A model generated the notes under the pieces. That model did not search any database, was not told where the DNA came from, and saw only the letters and a program-made list of their open reading frames with translations. From the NCBI GenBank assembly GCA_963767005.1, contig CAVYCN010000007.1:1-64000 (forward strand): a stretch of DNA of 64,000 nt, written 5' to 3'. Each line of letters begins with the position of its first letter. The stretch's first letter is position 1. Positions 1-8,687 of this stretch are shown here, one piece after another. Source of the DNA: an uncultured Actinomycetes bacterium (GTDB lineage: Bacteria > Actinomycetota > Thermoleophilia > UBA2241). The position numbers were made by a program, and so were the translations under genes.

Positions 1-3000
1 TCGGCGGCCGCCCAGTCGGGCATCTCGAGCAGGTCGGTGCGGCCGCGCAGCAGGCGGATGTCGTCGAGCAGCAGCTCGGGCTCGGCGACCGCGCCCTGCT
101 CGTCGAGCGCGCCCGACTCGCGGTTGAGCGCGTCGACCAGCACCGCCAGCTTTACCATGTTGAGCGCCGTCCAGTTGCGCATGCGGCGGCGCATGAGGCC
201 GCGGTCGTTCTGCACGGTGAGCTCCTGCTTGGTGGTGATGCCGCCGCGCGGGCAGTCGAGGTGGCAGTTGCCGCACTGCGTGCAGCCGAAGGCCGCCGCC
301 TTGCCGATCGTGCCCTCGACCAGGCCGTCGGCGCCGGCGATCAGCACCTTCAGCATGTCGAGCTCGCCGCGCAGGCCGCCCGAGGCCAGCAGACGCGTGC
401 CGCCGGCGGCGCCGTAGGCGGCGCCGTTGCCGTCGCGGATCGGCGCGAGCAGGCCCGAGCCGTCGAGGTCGACCATCTCGCCCATGAGCGCGTGGTGGGT
501 GTGCAGGATGGTACGAAACGAGTCGGGCCAGCCGACGTGAGCCGAGTCGCCGTGGTAGTTGCCCGAGCCGCCGGTGCCGGCGTCGATCAGCAGGTAGTCG
601 ACGACGAAGTTCGACCACATGCCGGCCGCCACGTAACGCGTGTAGTTGGAGCCCGTGATCTTGATGCCGCAGTAGGTGCGGTAGAGCAGCCAGAGCCAGA
701 CCTCGGCCGGCATGTCCTCGATCGAGTAGATGTCGTGCTTGGGGTCGGGCGAGAGGGCGTCGGTGCCGACCGGGATGTTGCGCGCCTTGCTCACCGTGGG
801 GGTGACCTTGGCGCCGGCCAGGCGGCCGCCCTTGCCGGGCTTGGCGCCCTGGTTGATCTTGATCTCGACGTCGCGCACGCGGCGCAGGTCGGCGCCGGTG
901 ATGCCGAAATGACCGCTCGCCGCCTGCAGGCTCTCCCAGCGCATGTCGCCGTCGGCGTCGAGACGGATCGGCCCGCCCTCGCCGGACGAGGTCATCGTAA
1001 GGCCGGCCGAGCCCTCGATGCGGGCGATCAGGTAGTCCTCGGAGGCGGCGCCGAGCGAGGTCGAGGCGTGGCAGACCGGGCCGTGCCAGACCGGCTCGCG
1101 CACGCCCGTGCCGCTCACCACAAGGCCGCCACGCGGGTCGCGCCGCACCACGACGGCGCCGTCGGCCGAGGCGCGCAGCACGGTGCGGCCGGTGGCCGGC
1201 GACACGGTGTCGCCCGCCGCGGCGGCCGGTGGCACGAGCTCGACCAGGGTGGGCTCCTCGCCGTCGACGGCGGCCCGCAGCCAGAGCGGCTCGCCGGCCT
1301 CGAGCGCCTGCTCGAGCGGGTGGCCGCGGCGCAGGTGGACGCCGACGCCGCCGCGCTCGTCGGCCTTAAGGCCGACGAGCGCGGCGGCGTCGCGGCCGGG
1401 GTGCAGGGTCACGCGTGCGCCGGGGGCGACCGCGCCGGGCCGCAGAAAGCCGCGCGGCACGGCCAGCGAGACGTAGTCGAGCAGCGCCGGGTCGCGCGAG
1501 AGGCGCTCGAGCGACCAGGCCACGGCCTCGCGCGACAGGCGCAGGCGCACGCGGTCGAGGGAGTACTCGTCGCCGTCGCCGCTCACGAAGAAGTCGTCGA
1601 GCGTCGGCGCTGAGCCGGCGGCCATCCGGTAGACGACCTCGAGGAAATCGGCGTTCAGGGCGCGGCTCGAGTTGTCGACGTGGTAGCCCGCGCCGCCGTC
1701 GGCCAGCACGCGCGCCGCAGGCGGCAGCGGCAGGCCGGGCTCGACCTCGCCCAGCAGGGCCGACACGCGGTAGCGCGCCGCCACGCCGGCCGGCGCCGGC
1801 TCGGCCGCCACGCGCACCCGGTTCTGGGCGGCGTTGGCGGCGCCGAACTCGGCGGTGGCCAGGGCGTCGACGGCGCGCACCCAGTCGGCCGTCATGGTGA
1901 TCGCCATGGCGTTGCCGGACGTCTTCTGCACGTCGTCGATGCCCATGCACGACAGAAAGTCGAGGATGCTGTGCTGCCAGCAGGTAAGCGTGCAGACCGC
2001 AAGCTCGGTGAGCTCGTCGGGGTCGGCGCGCTCGAGCGTGGCGGTGACCACTGCGCGCGCCGCGCGCTCGTCGGGACCGCCCTGCGCCGTGAGCGCGTCG
2101 ACAACGGCCGGCGCCAGCGGAATGACGGCGGCGTGCGTCATGGCGCCGCCGTTCGCGCCGAGCAGCACGCTCTCGTAGACGGTGGCCGCCGAGGCCTGCG
2201 TGTCGCCGTCGCCGCCGGCCGAGACGAGCTGCACCCGGGCGCGCAGCGCGTGCCGCTTGAGAAAGGCATCGACGCGCGGCGTGAGCCGGTACGACTTGAG
2301 CGGCCCGGCCTGATAGTGGATCAGCGCGACGCGCTCGTGACCGACCGCCGCGAGCAGGTGACGCCAGAAGGGCGCGGTGTCGGCCCCGGCGCCGGCGTCG
2401 CCGGCTCCGTCGGCAGACGGCTCCCGCTCCGCGACGGCATCGGCTGCGCCGTAGCGCAGACAGACCGACAGGAGCAGGTCGGGGTTGGCGGCGAGGGCGG
2501 CGGCGGCGAGCTCGTCGAGCTCGCCGCCGCCGCCCTCGCTCCACGGATCGAGCTCGACGACGCGTGCCGCGCGCACGAGCTCGGCGAGCCCGGGGCCGTG
2601 ACCGGGGTCGCGGTCGGCCGAGCCGGCTGCACCGCCGGCCGTGACGGCCAGCGACCCGGCGTGCCGCGGCGCCAGGCGCAGCAGGATCGAGGCGGCGTGC
2701 GGCAGCAGTGCGGACACGTGCGGGGCGGCCCGGTCGGCGTCGATCACGACGAGGCTGCGGGTGCGCAGGTCGGTCGCGGGGTCGGCCTGGGCGATGGCGC
2801 GCAGATAGGCGAGCTCCATCTCGACACCCGTCGCCCAGGGCAGCGGGCCGACCACCATGGGCAGGTCGAGACGCACGGCGTTGAGCGCGGCCAGACGCTC
2901 GTCGCTCGCGCCGTCGGCGCCGCCGCGGAACACCACGGCCGGGCGCTTGCGCACGATGTCCCAGGCCGTCGAGAACTCCTCGCGCAGGCCGTCGTTGGCC

Positions 3001-3407
3001 GGGTGCGTGATGGCCGCGTGCGAGAAGTACGAGCGGAAGTAGCCGTGGTGCCAGGCGGCGCCCATGGTGAGCGGCTCGCGCCGGAACCGTTCCTTGAGCA
3101 GCTTGTCGATGTCGAAGGCGCCGAGCTCGAGGGCCGGCACGTCGCGGCAGGGCCGGGCGTAGCCGTCGCGCAGCAGGCGGCTGCGCTGGTTGCGCGGAGC
3201 GGCCCAGAACTGGGCCTCGTCGACGCCGGCGCGGGCCAGCAGGTGCGAGAGCAGCGCCGGCGTGTCGTCGCGGCCGCCGGGCCGCGGCCGCTCGGGGTCG
3301 GCGATGTAGGCGAGCAGGTCCTCCCAGCGGGCGGTCTGCTCGGCGGTGAGGCCGTCGACCGGGTCGATGCTCACGGTCACGCCCCTGTTGTTCGTGGCGA
3401 CGCTCAC
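1..3407 (-). CDS. Glutamate-synthase-related protein (FMN-binding GltB-type domain with Fe-S motif), 3' end outside window
   Basis: Not in the ORF track because it has no stop in the window. Manual translation from GTG at 3407 (GTGA overlap with the upstream stop) reads open to the window edge and contains SSGEGG, QAASGHFG, EIKINQGAKPGKGGRLAGAKV, SPDPKHDIYSIED, ASGGLR and GCTQCGNCHLDCPRGGITT. Confidence 0.88.
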   Translation of the reverse strand, partial: MSVATNNRGVTVSIDPVDGLTAEQTARWEDLLAYIADPERPRPGGRDDTPALLSHLLARAGVDEAQFWAAPRNQRSRLLRDGYARPCRDVPALELGAFDIDKLLKERFRREPLTMGAAWHHGYFRSYFSHAAITHPANDGLREEFSTAWDIVRKRPAVVFRGGADGASDERLAALNAVRLDLPMVVGPLPWATGVEMELAYLRAIAQADPATDLRTRSLVVIDADRAAPHVSALLPHAASILLRLAPRHAGSLAVTAGGAAGSADRDPGHGPGLAELVRAARVVELDPWSEGGGGELDELAAAALAANPDLLLSVCLRYGAADAVAEREPSADGAGDAGAGADTAPFWRHLLAAVGHERVALIHYQAGPLKSYRLTPRVDAFLKRHALRARVQLVSAGGDGDTQASAATVYESVLLGANGGAMTHAAVIPLAPAVVDALTAQGGPDERAARAVVTATLERADPDELTELAVCTLTCWQHSILDFLSCMGIDDVQKTSGNAMAITMTADWVRAVDALATAEFGAANAAQNRVRVAAEPAPAGVAARYRVSALLGEVEPGLPLPPAARVLADGGAGYHVDNSSRALNADFLEVVYRMAAGSAPTLDDFFVSGDGDEYSLDRVRLRLSREAVAWSLERLSRDPALLDYVSLAVPRGFLRPGAVAPGARVTLHPGRDAAALVGLKADERGGVGVHLRRGHPLEQALEAGEPLWLRAAVDGEEPTLVELVPPAAAAGDTVSPATGRTVLRASADGAVVVRRDPRGGLVVSGTGVREPVWHGPVCHASTSLGAASEDYLIARIEGSAGLTMTSSGEGGPIRLDADGDMRWESLQAASGHFGITGADLRRVRDVEIKINQGAKPGKGGRLAGAKVTPTVSKARNIPVGTDALSPDPKHDIYSIEDMPAEVWLWLLYRTYCGIKITGSNYTRYVAAGMWSNFVVDYLLIDAGTGGSGNYHGDSAHVGWPDSFRTILHTHHALMGEMVDLDGSGLLAPIRDGNGAAYGAAGGTRLLASGGLRGELDMLKVLIAGADGLVEGTIGKAAAFGCTQCGNCHLDCPRGGITTKQELTVQNDRGLMRRRMRNWTALNMVKLAVLVDALNRESGALDEQGAVAEPELLLDDIRLLRGRTDLLEMPDWAAA

Positions 3408-6124
3408 GCCTCGGTCCTCCCCGTAGCGCCGGCCCGGTCGAACTCGCCGAGCGCGGCGAGCCACTGGGCGGCCGGCGCCTCGACCACGCGCAGCGTCTGG
3501 CCGCCGTTGTCGCGGTTGGCCGGGCAGACCTCGACGCAGGTGCCACAGCCCACGCAGTCGGCCTGCTCGGTCGTGATCAGGCGCAGGTCGTCGGCCTCGA
3601 ACTCGCGGTTGGCGCCCGACGGGCAGACGGCCACGCAGGCGGCGCAGTGCCGGCACGTCGCGGCAGCGCCGTCGGCCGTCTCGGCGCGCAGCACCAGGTA
3701 CGACACGCGACCCGACACCGATGCCGGCACCCGGCGCAGGTACTCGCCGGGGCGCAGCTCCAGGAACGTGCGCCGGTAGTGCGGCGAGCGGCGCAGGGCG
3801 GCGAGCGTAGCGCGCCGCGCCTCGCGCGTCTCGTTTGACTGCCCGTCGCCGCAGGCCCCGCCGGCGCGCAGCTCCTCGAGCGCGCCGTAGGTCTCGAGGT
3901 GCGCGATGCCGGCCTGGCACACCTGCTCGCAGGAGCCGCAGCGCACGCACAGGTCGAGCAGCGCGCCGACCCGCGCCGGCACCCGGCCGCGGCGGCCGGC
4001 CGTCTCGGCCGAGTGCACGAGGGTCTGGGGCAGGCGCAGGGCGGCCGCGTCGTAGACCGGGCACACGCCGTTGCACTCGCCGCAGTTCACGCAGTGTAGC
4101 GGGCGCGACAGCACCGGTGTGGCGGCGGGCCGGCGCACCGGCGCACCGCGCCGGTGCGCCGGCCCGGGCGCCAGGCGCATCGCGGCCTTGGTGAGGCGCA
4201 CCGCGGCATCGAGGCCCGGCGTGCGCCAGGCCAGCCCGGCCAGGCGCACGCCCGGCCGATAGACCTCGGCGACCAGGCGGCCCGGCAGGCCGCGCAGCTC
4301 AAAGCCGAGCAGCACGCCGCGGCCGAGCAGACGAGCCGGGTCGAGCGCCGCCTTCACGGCGTTCAGGCGGGCGAGACCGTCGTCGCCGAACTTGTCGCGG
4401 GCGAAGGCGCCCTGCCAGCGTCCGAGCACGTAGGGCCGCCCGCCGTGGCGAGTGACGGCCAGGTCGAGCAGGGCCGGGGTGAGCGCCAGGTCGAGCAGAA
4501 AGCCGAGCGTGCGGTGGTCGGTCAGGTAGCCGGCGATCGCCAGGGCGCGGCCGCCGCGCAGGTAGTAGATCTCGTGCTCGAGCCCCACGCCGGCGCCGCC
4601 GGCCAGGCGCTCAGCGTCGGCGACGAAGGCCGCGACGCGGTCGGCCGGCAGGTCGATCTCGGCGGCCAGCAGCCCGGGGCCGATGCGCTTGGTGCGCTGC
4701 GGCCTGAATCGGGCGGCGGCGAAGGCGACGCTTTCGTCGGGCAGCACCACCGGCGCGCCCGGCAGGTCGGCCAGACGAGCGGCAAAGCGCCGCGCCTGCG
4801 CCGTGTCGAGGAAGTCGACGTAGAGGTAGGCGCCGTAGTGCCGGTCGGCCGAGGACGACCCCGTGGCGTGGGCCCGGGCGCGTGGCCCGCCGCCGTCACC
4901 GCCGTGGGAGCCGGAGCGGCCGTCGGTGGCGCCCGACCCGGCGCCGCCGTTCCCGTTTGCATCCAGCTCGCGCGGCCCGACGATGCGCTCCCAGGGCATG
5001 TCGGCGTCGGTCGACAGCGCCGCCGGGAAGCGTCGCCATGCCTGGCGGGCGTCGTCGGCGTCGGCCAGAGCGGCGTGCGCCATGTGGCTGCCCGAGACGA
5101 CCTCGAGGTTGGCCGGCCGCGGCAGGTCGACGCCGGCGGCCTGGGCCACGAATGCGGCGGCGGCCAGGGCGCGTTCCAGGTCGGCGAAGCCGAGCAGGAA
5201 CGCGCCGATCTCGGGCCGCCGCCCCACCGCCACCACAAGCTGCGTGATCACTCCGAGCGTGCCCTCGCTGCCCGCCAGGTCGGCCAAACCGAACGGCGGC
5301 AGGCCGCGCTCGGCAAACCAGGCCTCGGCCTGGTCGGCGGCGACTTCGCGGTGGCCGTGGGTACGCTCGCGTGCGGCGACGTCGAGGCGGCCGTCGGCGT
5401 GGAACCGCACGAGCTCGCCGCCCGGCAGCACGACGTCGGCGGCGCGCACGATGTCGAGCACGCGGCCTGGGCCGAAGGCGTTCAGGCCGGCGCCGCCGGT
5501 GGCGAACCAGCCGGCCAGTGTGGCGCCGAGGTTCGAGGGGTAGACCGGCAGCGCCAGGCCGCGGCGCGCCAGCGCACGATGCACGGCGCGCAGCCGCGCG
5601 CCGGCGCCCACCACGCAGACCTCGCCGGCCGGGTCGATCTCGGCCTTGTCGAGGCGCGCCAGGTCGAGCACCAGGCCGCCGTCGCCGGGCACGGCACCGC
5701 CGAGCGCCGCCGAGGCGGCGCCGCGCACCGTGACAGGCGTCACGGTCTCGTGCGCCCAGCGCAGCGCCTCGACGACCTCCATCGTGTCCTCGGGCAGAAA
5801 GACCAGGTCGGGGACGGCGTCTGTGAGAAAGCGGGTGAAGAGGCGCCCCAGGTAGACGTTCTGGTCGCGGTCGGCCTCGGCCAGCAGCAGCGGGTCGACG
5901 ACGAGGCGCGCCTCGCAGGCAGCCTCGTGACTGCCGTCGCAGAGGCCGGCGCGCCGCAGGTGCGAGGCGAGCGACTGCGCGAAGCGCCGCGAGCGCTCGC
6001 CGGTCGGCCGCTCGGCGAGCGACGGACCGCCGGTCAGCGCGCGGTAGAGCGGCGTCAGGCCGTCTGGATGGGGCGTCTCGAAGGGGAGCGCGCTTGGGGG
6101 GAGCTGAGAAGCCCGGACGGTCAC
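3404..6124 (-). CDS. FAD-binding oxidoreductase (GlcD/FAD_binding_4-like) fused to four 4Fe-4S motifs
   Basis: PDLVFLP..VTVRGAAS..GGAVP..GGLVLDL and GSEGTLGVIT motifs; C-terminal CVNCGECNGVCP, CVRCGSCEQVC, CRHCAACVAVCP, CVGCGTCVEVCP. Confidence 0.88.
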   Translation of the reverse strand: MTVRASQLPPSALPFETPHPDGLTPLYRALTGGPSLAERPTGERSRRFAQSLASHLRRAGLCDGSHEAACEARLVVDPLLLAEADRDQNVYLGRLFTRFLTDAVPDLVFLPEDTMEVVEALRWAHETVTPVTVRGAASAALGGAVPGDGGLVLDLARLDKAEIDPAGEVCVVGAGARLRAVHRALARRGLALPVYPSNLGATLAGWFATGGAGLNAFGPGRVLDIVRAADVVLPGGELVRFHADGRLDVAARERTHGHREVAADQAEAWFAERGLPPFGLADLAGSEGTLGVITQLVVAVGRRPEIGAFLLGFADLERALAAAAFVAQAAGVDLPRPANLEVVSGSHMAHAALADADDARQAWRRFPAALSTDADMPWERIVGPRELDANGNGGAGSGATDGRSGSHGGDGGGPRARAHATGSSSADRHYGAYLYVDFLDTAQARRFAARLADLPGAPVVLPDESVAFAAARFRPQRTKRIGPGLLAAEIDLPADRVAAFVADAERLAGGAGVGLEHEIYYLRGGRALAIAGYLTDHRTLGFLLDLALTPALLDLAVTRHGGRPYVLGRWQGAFARDKFGDDGLARLNAVKAALDPARLLGRGVLLGFELRGLPGRLVAEVYRPGVRLAGLAWRTPGLDAAVRLTKAAMRLAPGPAHRRGAPVRRPAATPVLSRPLHCVNCGECNGVCPVYDAAALRLPQTLVHSAETAGRRGRVPARVGALLDLCVRCGSCEQVCQAGIAHLETYGALEELRAGGACGDGQSNETREARRATLAALRRSPHYRRTFLELRPGEYLRRVPASVSGRVSYLVLRAETADGAAATCRHCAACVAVCPSGANREFEADDLRLITTEQADCVGCGTCVEVCPANRDNGGQTLRVVEAPAAQWLAALGEFDRAGATGRTEA

Positions 6125-6265
6125 CAGGTACCGTGTCCGGGTTTGAGCATGCCGCCGCTACGGCCGCAGGCTGACCTTCGTCTCAGAACGCACCGCGCTT
6201 TCGTCGTCGTCTGCGTTTGTTGCGAACGATCTGCGGTCGCCGGACCAGTGGTCCGACCGCCTCGA

Positions 6266-6294
6266 ATTCTGTCGTGGCCGGCGGTCCAAGTCAA
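6266..6294 (-). promoter_or_regulatory. Putative sigma70-type promoter of the oxidoreductase operon
   Basis: Minus strand TTGACT-N17-CAGAAT, about 140 bp upstream of the 6124 start. Confidence 0.5.
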
Positions 6295-6415
6295 ACCGGC
6301 CTGGGGATAGGAGGTAGCGCGCTGGGAAACGCGCCCCCGCCGTGGCAATGGAGTTGACCCGCTTCCGTTGACACCCTGAAAGTGGACACCACCGGTGTCC
6401 GAGAAGGGAGTCAGC

Positions 6416-6685
6416 GTGGCGTACACGCCGGAGTCCGACATCCTGCCCTTTGCCCGACGACATGACCGCGACGATGTGGCGGGGTTCGTTGTCGAGGAAG
6501 GCCGCATGACGTCACGGGTCGTGACCGCTCACCTGACGTGGTCAAGGAGCCCGGAGCGCAGTCGATTCCCCACCTTGGAGCGCTTTGCCGACCTCTGGTC
6601 TTGGTTGAAAATGGCGATCGAAGAGTCAACCGAGTGGTGCTCAGAGGACGAGCTGAAGCGGCTGCGTGAAAGAGATTCGGGGTGA
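6416..6685 (+). CDS. Hypothetical protein, possibly N-terminally truncated immunity-like protein
   Basis: GTG after AAGGGAG; globular sequence with FARRHDRDDVA...HLTWS...FP pattern. Confidence 0.55.
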   Translation: MAYTPESDILPFARRHDRDDVAGFVVEEGRMTSRVVTAHLTWSRSPERSRFPTLERFADLWSWLKMAIEESTEWCSEDELKRLRERDSG

Positions 6686-6791
6686 TTCTCTGGCGGCCGG
6701 TCGGCATCCACGAACTAGTCCTGATCTTCGAGGCCGACATGATGGCCTTCCCGCCGCGCCTTGCCGGCCAGCCGATCCGACGGCCGCACCC

Positions 6792-7076
6792 ATGAGCGAC
6801 CGTCTGCCTGTTGGCACCCTTGTATCGGCGGAGGTAGTTGGGCACGAGAGGTGGGGCGTGCTGGTATGCCTGTTAGGGCCGCGCCATGGCGCGGACGCAG
6901 TGATCGATGTCATGTACGTGACGGAGAAGCGGCCCTTCGAACCTTTCGCTGACTACCCGCCCCTAGGGAGTCGTGTTCAAGCGGTCGTAATGCCTTATCC
7001 GCCAAGTGGGCAGCTTCGCCTGAGCACTCGTCACGCCGACGTGAGTGAGGCGCTGAAGAAGGCCATCCGGCGCTGA
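6792..7076 (+). CDS. Small S1/OB-fold-like protein
   Basis: LPVGTLVSAEVVGHERWGVLV...YPPLGSRVQAVV...QLRLS fits an S1-domain pattern. Confidence 0.6.
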   Translation: MSDRLPVGTLVSAEVVGHERWGVLVCLLGPRHGADAVIDVMYVTEKRPFEPFADYPPLGSRVQAVVMPYPPSGQLRLSTRHADVSEALKKAIRR

Positions 7077-7409
7077 GGCAACAAGGCGCACCCGCCCGCC
7101 GACCCCCCCGCACCCGTCACTCTGATGACGTCCCGGCGGACAGGCGAGCCGACGCGTAGCGGCGGCGAGCCGGGGGCCATCGCCAGCCGATGCAACGCAA
7201 TGGCTCACTTTTCTCTCGCCTATCTCCTATCCCGTCAAACCGGCCTCAGCCGCCGCTCGGCCCGTAGCCTGCAGCGGTCGGACGCCATGTTCAGGACGCG
7301 GGCGGAGTTCGGCCGAACGCCCGCGGACAGGGTCTGTCCCTGGCGCGCCCAACGGGGCTTGTCGTACGCTTGCCCCTGCAGCGTCGATGGCCGAACGGAT
7401 GGGGGGCAC

Positions 7410-8687
7410 GTGAGCGACTTGGCCGGCATACAGGCGCCACACAGCGCTGAGGACACGCGAGGCGGAGCAGCGAAGGAGGCCCTGCTGCCCGGCCTCGGGG
7501 CCGGCGCCGCGACCTTCCTGGGAAGCGGCCTCGTCCTCTTGCTGCTCGGCTTCATCCCCTCGCAGGCGAGCCACGGGCTGTTCGGGGTCCGGTACGCGCG
7601 CCCCTTGTCCGGCTGGGTTTCCGGCGCCTTCCTGGGGCCGTTCTGGGGCTCCAACGCGTCGCACCCGGTGGGCGAGCAGATCGTGACGGTGCGCTCCCTG
7701 GGCATGACCTTCGGGGCGCTGCTCGTCTTTGCGGCCGTCCTCTGGCTCGTCGGACGGGTCGCGTGCCGCCACGTGCCGCCAGGCCTGCGGCAGCGGGGCG
7801 CCGTGCTGCTCGTGACGGCCCTCGTCGTCGCCGCCGGCGCAGCCGTGACCGCGATCGCTCTATCGCACGGCTCGGCCATGAGCTACGGTGCGCTCTCGAA
7901 CTCCACCGGCGCCTTCGTCGCCACGCTGCTGCTGGGAGCCTTCTGCTTCGGCGTCGTGGGGCTGCTCCCACAGCCCTGGAGCGCCGCGCTCCGCCGCGCC
8001 GGCATCCTCGTAGGCGCCTGCTTTCTGGCCGGCGGACTGCTCTTCCCCACCTTTGTCGTGTCGGACGGCCTGCCCAACGCGAACGTCGGCCAGGACTTCG
8101 CGGCCGCCTGCCCGTTCTCGAGCGCCGTCGGCGGCCTGGTCCTGCCGCTCGCCCTGCAGGCGCCCGTGTCGCTGACGCAGACCTACGGCACGCCGTGGCA
8201 GAGCCGGCAGGCCGCGTGGCCGCACTGGTACAGACTGGCGCAGTCGACGATCCTCCATCCCCACGAACGCCTCTTTCAGCACGCCTCCAGCCTCGGGGTG
8301 AACGGCTCGCTCGTGGGCGCGGCGCTCACCGCCGCCGTGCTCTGCGCCCTCGTGCTCATCTCGTGGGGGCTGTGTCGCAAGGCGGGCGCCCGTGGCGCAC
8401 GACACGGCCTGCACGTCGGGCTGGTCGAGGGTACGAGCGTCGCCGCGCTCCTCGTGCCAGTACTGTGGCTCTCGAGCAACTTCATCGAGATCGGCACGGG
8501 GGAGTACAGCTCGGCGCTCTCGACCTACTGGGGGATCACGGCCATCGGACTGGCTCAGAGCCTGGCGACCATCGTCGTCGTGTGCAGTCTCACCGGGTGG
8601 CTCTACGGCGCCAGGCAGGCCCGGCGCGCAGGGGCGTCGGGCGACGCCCACGCGCTGCAGATCGCCCCGCCGCAGCGGCTCCCCTAG
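7410..8687 (+). CDS. Multi-pass membrane protein, function unknown
   Basis: About 9-10 hydrophobic segments; GTG at 7410 after a G-rich RBS; genome-like codon usage. Confidence 0.7.
   Translation: MSDLAGIQAPHSAEDTRGGAAKEALLPGLGAGAATFLGSGLVLLLLGFIPSQASHGLFGVRYARPLSGWVSGAFLGPFWGSNASHPVGEQIVTVRSLGMTFGALLVFAAVLWLVGRVACRHVPPGLRQRGAVLLVTALVVAAGAAVTAIALSHGSAMSYGALSNSTGAFVATLLLGAFCFGVVGLLPQPWSAALRRAGILVGACFLAGGLLFPTFVVSDGLPNANVGQDFAAACPFSSAVGGLVLPLALQAPVSLTQTYGTPWQSRQAAWPHWYRLAQSTILHPHERLFQHASSLGVNGSLVGAALTAAVLCALVLISWGLCRKAGARGARHGLHVGLVEGTSVAALLVPVLWLSSNFIEIGTGEYSSALSTYWGITAIGLAQSLATIVVVCSLTGWLYGARQARRAGASGDAHALQIAPPQRLP

Larger units (their letters stand above)
6303..7233. mobile_element. Non-autonomous inserted element with terminal inverted repeats and 13-bp flanking direct repeat
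   Basis: GTCAAACCGGCCT at 6290-6302 and 7234-7246; left end GGGGATAGGAGGTAG, right end (reverse complement) GGGATAGGAGATAG; interior visibly lower in GC; no transposase. Confidence 0.7.

Noticed and set aside
261-3779. Long ORF-track entries 261..1613 (+), 1680..3779 (+), 1366..3546 (-)
   Set aside because: Shadow frames of the minus-strand GltB-like gene; Arg/Ala-rich with no motifs.
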